DNA of 12,190 nucleotides, taken from the IMG/VR virus record IMGVR_UViG_3300029086_000082. One strand, 5' to 3'. The notes beneath the pieces are model-generated. The model searched no databases and was not told the origin of the DNA. It was given only the letters and a program-made list of their open reading frames with translations. The position numbers and the translations under genes are program-made. Below are positions 7,930 to 12,190 of this stretch, in pieces (position 1 is the stretch's first letter; each line of letters starts with the position of its first letter). The DNA comes from a virus (taxonomy: Duplodnaviria > Heunggongvirae > Uroviricota > Caudoviricetes).

Positions 7930-9026
7930 ATTTCAGCTCTGAACTGCTTAACAAAGGCAACAAAACTCCCGCATTCAGCATCAGTATTGAGGACAGGGAT
8001 ATCACTACTGTGCTGGATAACCGCCTGATGAGTCTGACGCTGACGGACAATCGGGGCTTTGAAGCGGACCAGCTTGATCTGGAGCTGGACGACGCCGACG
8101 GAAAAATTGTGCTGCCGCGCCGTGGTGCGGTCATCACGCTGGCGCTGGGCTGGAAGGGGCAGCCGCTTTTCCCGAAAGGGGCATTCACGGTGGACGAGAT
8201 TGAACACACCGGCGCACCGGATCGCCTGACTATCCGGGCGCGAAGTGCTGATTTTAGGGAAACGCTGAATACCCGCCGTGAAAAATCGTGGCACAAGACC
8301 ACTGTCGGGGAAGTGGTGAAGGAAATAGCCGCGCGTCATAAGCTGAAGATGGCACTGGGTAAAGACCTGTCGGATAAGCCCGTGGAGCATATAGACCAGA
8401 CTAATGAGAGTGACGGCAGTTTTCTGATGCGGCTGGCGCGCCAGTACGGTGCCATCGCGTCGGTGAAAAATGGCAATCTGTTATTCATCCGGCAGGGACA
8501 GGGCAAAAGCGCCAGCGGTAAACCACTGCCGGTGATCTCAATCACACGTAAGGACGGCGACAGTCACCGCTTTACCCTGGCAGATCGCGGAGCCTACACG
8601 GGCGTAATTGCCAGTTGGTTGCATACCCGCGAACCCGCGAAGAAAGAAAGCACCACGGTGAAGCGTAAGCGCAGGACTAAGAAGCAGAAGAAAGAGCCGG
8701 AAGCGAAGCAGGGCGATTACCTGGTGGGTACGGATGAAAACGTGCTGGTACTTAATCGCACTTATGCCAACCGGAGCAACGCCGAACGGGCAGCGAAAAT
8801 GCAGTGGGAACGCCTGCAACGCGGCGTTGCATCATTCTCGCTACAACTGGCGGAAGGGCGGGCAGATCTCTACACAGAAATGCCTGTGAAGGTCAGTGGC
8901 TTTAAACAGCCGATAGATGATGCGGAATGGACCATTACGACTCTGACGCATACCGTCAGCCCCGATAACGGTTTTACAACCAGTCTGGAGCTTGAAGTGA
9001 GGATTGATGATTTCGAAATGGAATGA
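7926..9026 (+). CDS. D: Tail protein / late control protein D (P2 gpD homologue)
   Basis: 366 aa with a GTG start overlapping the U stop; GPD-family-like sequence (..LTLTDNRGFEADQLDLELDD..); last gene of the tail operon before ogr. Confidence 0.9.
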   Translation: MNFSSELLNKGNKTPAFSISIEDRDITTVLDNRLMSLTLTDNRGFEADQLDLELDDADGKIVLPRRGAVITLALGWKGQPLFPKGAFTVDEIEHTGAPDRLTIRARSADFRETLNTRREKSWHKTTVGEVVKEIAARHKLKMALGKDLSDKPVEHIDQTNESDGSFLMRLARQYGAIASVKNGNLLFIRQGQGKSASGKPLPVISITRKDGDSHRFTLADRGAYTGVIASWLHTREPAKKESTTVKRKRRTKKQKKEPEAKQGDYLVGTDENVLVLNRTYANRSNAERAAKMQWERLQRGVASFSLQLAEGRADLYTEMPVKVSGFKQPIDDAEWTITTLTHTVSPDNGFTTSLELEVRIDDFEME

Positions 9027-9116
9027 TTCTTCGCAATGGAGAACTTTTAAGTTTGCAAAATGGAATAATGCGGTATCATTATTGTGAATTTAGCAAAAAT
9101 GGGGAGAGCTCGAAAA

Positions 9117-9335
9117 ATGATGATTTGCCCACTGTGTGGAAGTGCCGCCCATACTCGCAGCAGTTTTCAGGTATCTTCATTGACCAAAGAGCGTTACAAC
9201 CAGTGCCAGAACATTAACTGCAGCCATACTTTTGTTACCCATGAAACTTTTGTTCGTTCGATTGCAACGCCAAAAGAGTCAAATCCGGTTCAGCCGCATC
9301 CAATGAAATCAGGACAGGTGGCGCTCTCTCTTTGA
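9117..9335 (+). CDS. ogr: Ogr-type zinc-finger late-gene transcriptional activator
   Basis: 72 aa from ATG 9117 (GGGGAGAG 9 nt upstream). C-X2-C...C-X4-C zinc-finger spacing (CPLCGSAAH...CQNINCSHTF) as in P2 Ogr. The track's upstream start at 9084 lacks a Shine-Dalgarno sequence and adds non-conserved residues. Confidence 0.9.
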   Translation: MMICPLCGSAAHTRSSFQVSSLTKERYNQCQNINCSHTFVTHETFVRSIATPKESNPVQPHPMKSGQVALSL

Positions 9336-9412
9336 CGCTGCCGCCAATTTGTCGCCATCATTAAAAAATAGTGCTTCTAACATCATGATTTTAAAAGGCA
9401 TAAATTTCAGGC

Positions 9413-9458
9413 AACAAAAAACCCATCAACCTTGAACCGAAATGGCGGGGTTGATGGG
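9413..9458 (-). terminator. Candidate rho-independent terminator downstream of ybjL
   Basis: 10-bp stem CCCATCAACC / GGTTGATGGG (9422-9431 / 9449-9458) followed on the minus strand by TTTTTTGTT. It lies about 115 nt past the ybjL stop and the loop is large (17 nt), so confidence is moderate. Confidence 0.45.
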
Positions 9459-9570
9459 CTCCACAAAATGGGGACATCAAAGAAAAGCAGTGGCACTAAT
9501 TAAGACTGATGCCCTGCGGAAAAGTTCTGCGGTTGTGCAAAAAAATTTCATTTTCAGGGCAACTTCAGTT

Positions 9571-11256
9571 TTATCCTAATCCTGGCCATACCATGACGAT
9601 GATTGTCCCTGCCAGCGTCAGCAGGACGTTGGCGATTGCGTAGGTGCCCGCGTAGCCCAGCGCAGGGATGTTACTGCGAGCTGTATCACTGATGATCTCC
9701 ATTGCCGGCGCGCAGGTGCGTGCGCCCATCATTGCGCCGAACAACAGTGCGCGGTTCATTCGCAATACATAAGCACCGAACAAGAAACAGATAACCACGG
9801 GCACAAGACTGACAATTAATCCGGCAATCAACATCTGACCGCCAATCGCGCCCAGGCCGTTATTAATACCGCTACCGGCGCTCAGACCAACGCCTGCCAT
9901 AAACACCATCAAGCCGAACTCTTTCACCATGCTTAATGCACCTTGCGGAATGTAACCGAAGGTCGGGTGGTTAGCACGCATAAAGCCCAGCATAATTCCG
10001 GCGAATAACAACCCGGCAGCGTTCCCCATGCCGAAACTGAATGTGCTGAACTGGAAGGTGATCATCCCGATCATCAGCCCAATAACAAAGAAGGCGCAAA
10101 ATGCCAGCAGGTCAGTGACCTGGCTGTGAATCGAGATAAAGCCGATGCGATCGGCGATGGTTTTTACGCGACGGGCATCACCGCTGACTTGTAAAACGTC
10201 ACCTTTGTTAAGCACGACGTTGTCATCTATCGGCATCTCAATCTGGCTACGAATGACGCGGTTAAGGAAGCAACCGTGATCGGTCAACTTCAGTTGTGCG
10301 AGACGTTTACCTACAGCGTTATGGTTTTTAACGACCACTTCTTCAGTGACGATACGCATGTCGAGAAGGTCACGATCGAAAACTTCTTTACCGTTACGGA
10401 AGCTGGGATCGAGTCGGGCATGGGCGTCGGGATAGCCTACCAACGCTATTTCATCGCCCATTTGTAGCACGGCATCACCGTCTGGATTTGCCAGAATCCC
10501 GTTACGTCGAATACGTTCAATGTAGCAGCCGGTTTGTCGATAAATACCCAGTTCACGCAGATTTTTGCCGTCGGTCCAGGCCACCAGCTCCGGGCCGACG
10601 CGATAGGCGCGGATCACCGGTAAATAAACCTTACGGTTGGCATCAGTGTCCAGGCCACGTTCGCGGGCGATTTGCTGGGCGCTGGTCTGTAAGTCCTGAT
10701 GCTGCAATTTCGGCAAGTAACGCGCACCAACAATCAAACTCACCAGACCGATTAAATAGGTTAAGGCATACCCGAGGCTCAGATTATCCAGTGCCAGTGA
10801 GAGCTGCCTGCTTTCCATGCCGGAATGACGCAGTGTATCGCCAGCACCGACCAGAACCGGTGTCGACGTCATAGAGCCTGCTAACATACCGGCCGTCAGG
10901 CCAATATCCCAGCCAAACAGCTTACCTAACCCTAAGGCGATCACCAGCGCACTGCCAACCATCACCAGTGCTAACATTAGGTAATTTTTCCCATCGCGAA
11001 AAAAAATGGAAAAAAAGTTCGGTCCGGCTTCGACCCCGACGCAGAAAATAAACAGCATAAAGCCAAGATTAAGCGCATCGGTGTTAATGCTGAAATGTTG
11101 TTGGCCTAATAACAGCGATACGACTAAAACGCCAATGGAATTACCCAGTTGGATCGAACCAAGTCGTAACTTTCCGAGACATAGCCCAAGCGCGAGGACC
11201 ACAAATAATAACAGAATGTAATTCCCATTTAACAATTCGGCGACGTTTATATTCAC
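9571..11256 (-). CDS. ybjL: Putative transport protein YbjL (AAE-family transporter with central paired TrkA-C/RCK_C domains)
   Basis: 561 aa, multi-pass membrane protein with a soluble central region; matches E. coli YbjL in length and sequence from memory. GTG start at 11256-11254. Confidence 0.95.
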
Positions 11257-11525
11257 GGAGGCTAACTTCTTGTTTACTAGTAAGCTGTTGAAAGAAATGG
11301 TAATTTACGATAATGTTTTTTACCAGAATTCAGGGCGCAGATTCATTCAGCGCACCTAAACGATAGTAAAGTAACAATATATTTTACTAGTGTAATCACA
11401 TTAGGTATCAACGGCTATATGAATTGCGTTGGCCTATATTAGCATGGAATGCGAAGCGGCTTTATCTTACTGAACGCCACACTGGCGAAAAATGTGTTCG
11501 ATAGACGCAGTGTCAGGAGGAACGA

Positions 11526-11903
11526 GTGAAACATAAACAACGTTGGGCGGGGGCAATCTGCTGTTTTGTCCTCTTCATTGTGGTGTGCCTTTTTCTGGCG
11601 ACGCACATGAAAGGCGCTTTTCGGGCTGCCGGGCATCCTGAAATCGGCTTGCTATTTTTCATTCTTCCTGGAGCAGTCGCCAGCTTCTTTTCACAGCGTA
11701 GAGAAGTCCTGAAACCTCTGTTTGGCGCAATGCTGGCGGCACCCTGTTCGATGCTCATTATGCGGCTGTTTTTTTCACCGACGCGCTCATTCTGGCAAGA
11801 GCTGGCATGGTTACTAAGCGCGGTGTTCTGGTGTGCGCTGGGGGCACTGTGTTTCTTATTTATCAGTAGTTTGTTTAAACCACAGCACAGAAAAAATCAG
11901 TAA
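11526..11903 (+). CDS. ybjM: Inner membrane protein YbjM
   Basis: 125-aa hydrophobic protein with GTG start and CAGGAGG upstream; position between ybjL and grxA matches E. coli K-12 gene order. Confidence 0.85.
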   Translation: MKHKQRWAGAICCFVLFIVVCLFLATHMKGAFRAAGHPEIGLLFFILPGAVASFFSQRREVLKPLFGAMLAAPCSMLIMRLFFSPTRSFWQELAWLLSAVFWCALGALCFLFISSLFKPQHRKNQ

Positions 11904-11926
11904 AGCCCTCAACGCGAGGGCTTGTC
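11904..11926. terminator. Candidate bidirectional intrinsic terminator between convergent ybjM and grxA
   Basis: AGCCCTC-aacgc-GAGGGCT stem-loop in the 29-bp gap between the two convergent stop codons; the flanking U-tracts are weak. Confidence 0.4.
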
Positions 11927-11932
11927 AGACGA

Positions 11933-12190
11933 TCAGGCGTCCAGATTTTCTTTCACCCATGCAGCAAAATCGGTATAGCCGCCGATATGTTGCTGATCGA
12001 CAAAAATCTGCGGCACGGTTTCTACGGGTTTACCTGCCTTTTGTTGTAGATCTTCTTTAGTGATCCCTTCCGCACGAATATCTACATACTGATACTGAAA
12101 ATCATCGCGTTCATTGCTCAATTTCTCAGCCAGATCTTTTGCACGCACACAGTAAGGGCAACCCGAACGACCAAAAATAACGGTTTGCAT
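11933..12190 (-). CDS. grxA: Glutaredoxin 1
   Basis: 85 aa with the CPYC active-site motif (MQTVIFGRSGCPYCVRAKDLAEKL...); complete, with its ATG at the window's last base. Confidence 0.95.
   Translation of the reverse strand: MQTVIFGRSGCPYCVRAKDLAEKLSNERDDFQYQYVDIRAEGITKEDLQQKAGKPVETVPQIFVDQQHIGGYTDFAAWVKENLDA

Larger units (their letters stand above)
1..9420. mobile_element. P2-like prophage, right arm (tail and late-control genes); left boundary lies outside the window, right boundary is approximate
   Basis: Gene order FI-FII-E/E'-T-U-D-ogr is the P2 late operon in synteny, with ogr terminal as expected at the attR side of a P2 prophage. It is followed directly by core E. coli genes ybjL-ybjM-grxA. 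Confidence 0.85.

Noticed and set aside
7509-8819. Minus-strand ORFs antisense to U and D (7509..7706, 7710..8390, 7898..8302, 8336..8545, 8538..8819)
   Set aside because: Overlap translationally coupled U and D genes; Arg/Ser-rich low-complexity translations with no start signals.
9023-9217. ORF 9023..9217, and the longer 9084 start for ogr
   Set aside because: 9023..9217 is out of frame with the zinc-finger protein. The 9084 start adds 11 non-conserved residues and lacks a Shine-Dalgarno sequence, whereas ATG 9117 has GGGGAGAG upstream and gives the 72-aa Ogr length.
9442-9579. 45-codon plus-strand ORF spanning the terminator hairpin and reaching the ybjL stop
   Set aside because: No ribosome-binding site, overlaps the terminator structure, short and unremarkable.
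10276-11221. Plus-strand ORFs inside ybjL (10276..10467, 10488..10874, 11006..11221)
   Set aside because: Antisense to a well-supported membrane transporter gene; Arg/Pro-rich shadow translations.
11439-12060. ORFs 11439..11636 and 11513..11758 (minus) and 11833..12060 (plus) overlapping ybjM and grxA
   Set aside because: Antisense to or overlapping ybjM and grxA, which match the expected K-12 gene order; no independent support.
1-12190. CRISPR arrays, tRNA/rRNA genes, integrase or transposase
   Set aside because: No regularly spaced direct repeats, no tRNA-like structures and no tyrosine-recombinase or transposase ORF seen. The only recombinase is the serine invertase, and the prophage integrase is expected at the opposite prophage end, outside the window.

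Overview
This window is about 9.4 kb of the right (late/tail) arm of a P2-like prophage followed by about 2.8 kb of core E. coli chromosome (ybjL, ybjM, grxA). All calls are from reading the ORF translations and the DNA by eye; no searches were run. Prophage part, left to right: the tail end of a Mu/P1/e14-style invertible tail-fibre cassette (two convergent tail-fibre-assembly genes plus a promoterless alternative fibre C-terminus on the minus strand), a 26-bp hix/gix-like crossover site, a Gin/Pin/Hin/Cin-family DNA invertase, then the P2 FI-FII-E/E'-T-U-D tail operon and ogr. The operon is preceded by a TGT-N12-ACA late-promoter motif and contains an E/E' -1 frameshift site. Coding density is near-complete and every sizeable ORF has a recognisable phage or host identity, so I do not find a convincingly novel system or unexplained cargo gene here. 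The most interesting features are the invertible host-range switch grafted onto a P2-type tail module, the prophage-host junction next to ybjL, and an unusually long tape-measure protein with internal repeats. No tRNA, rRNA or CRISPR array was seen.
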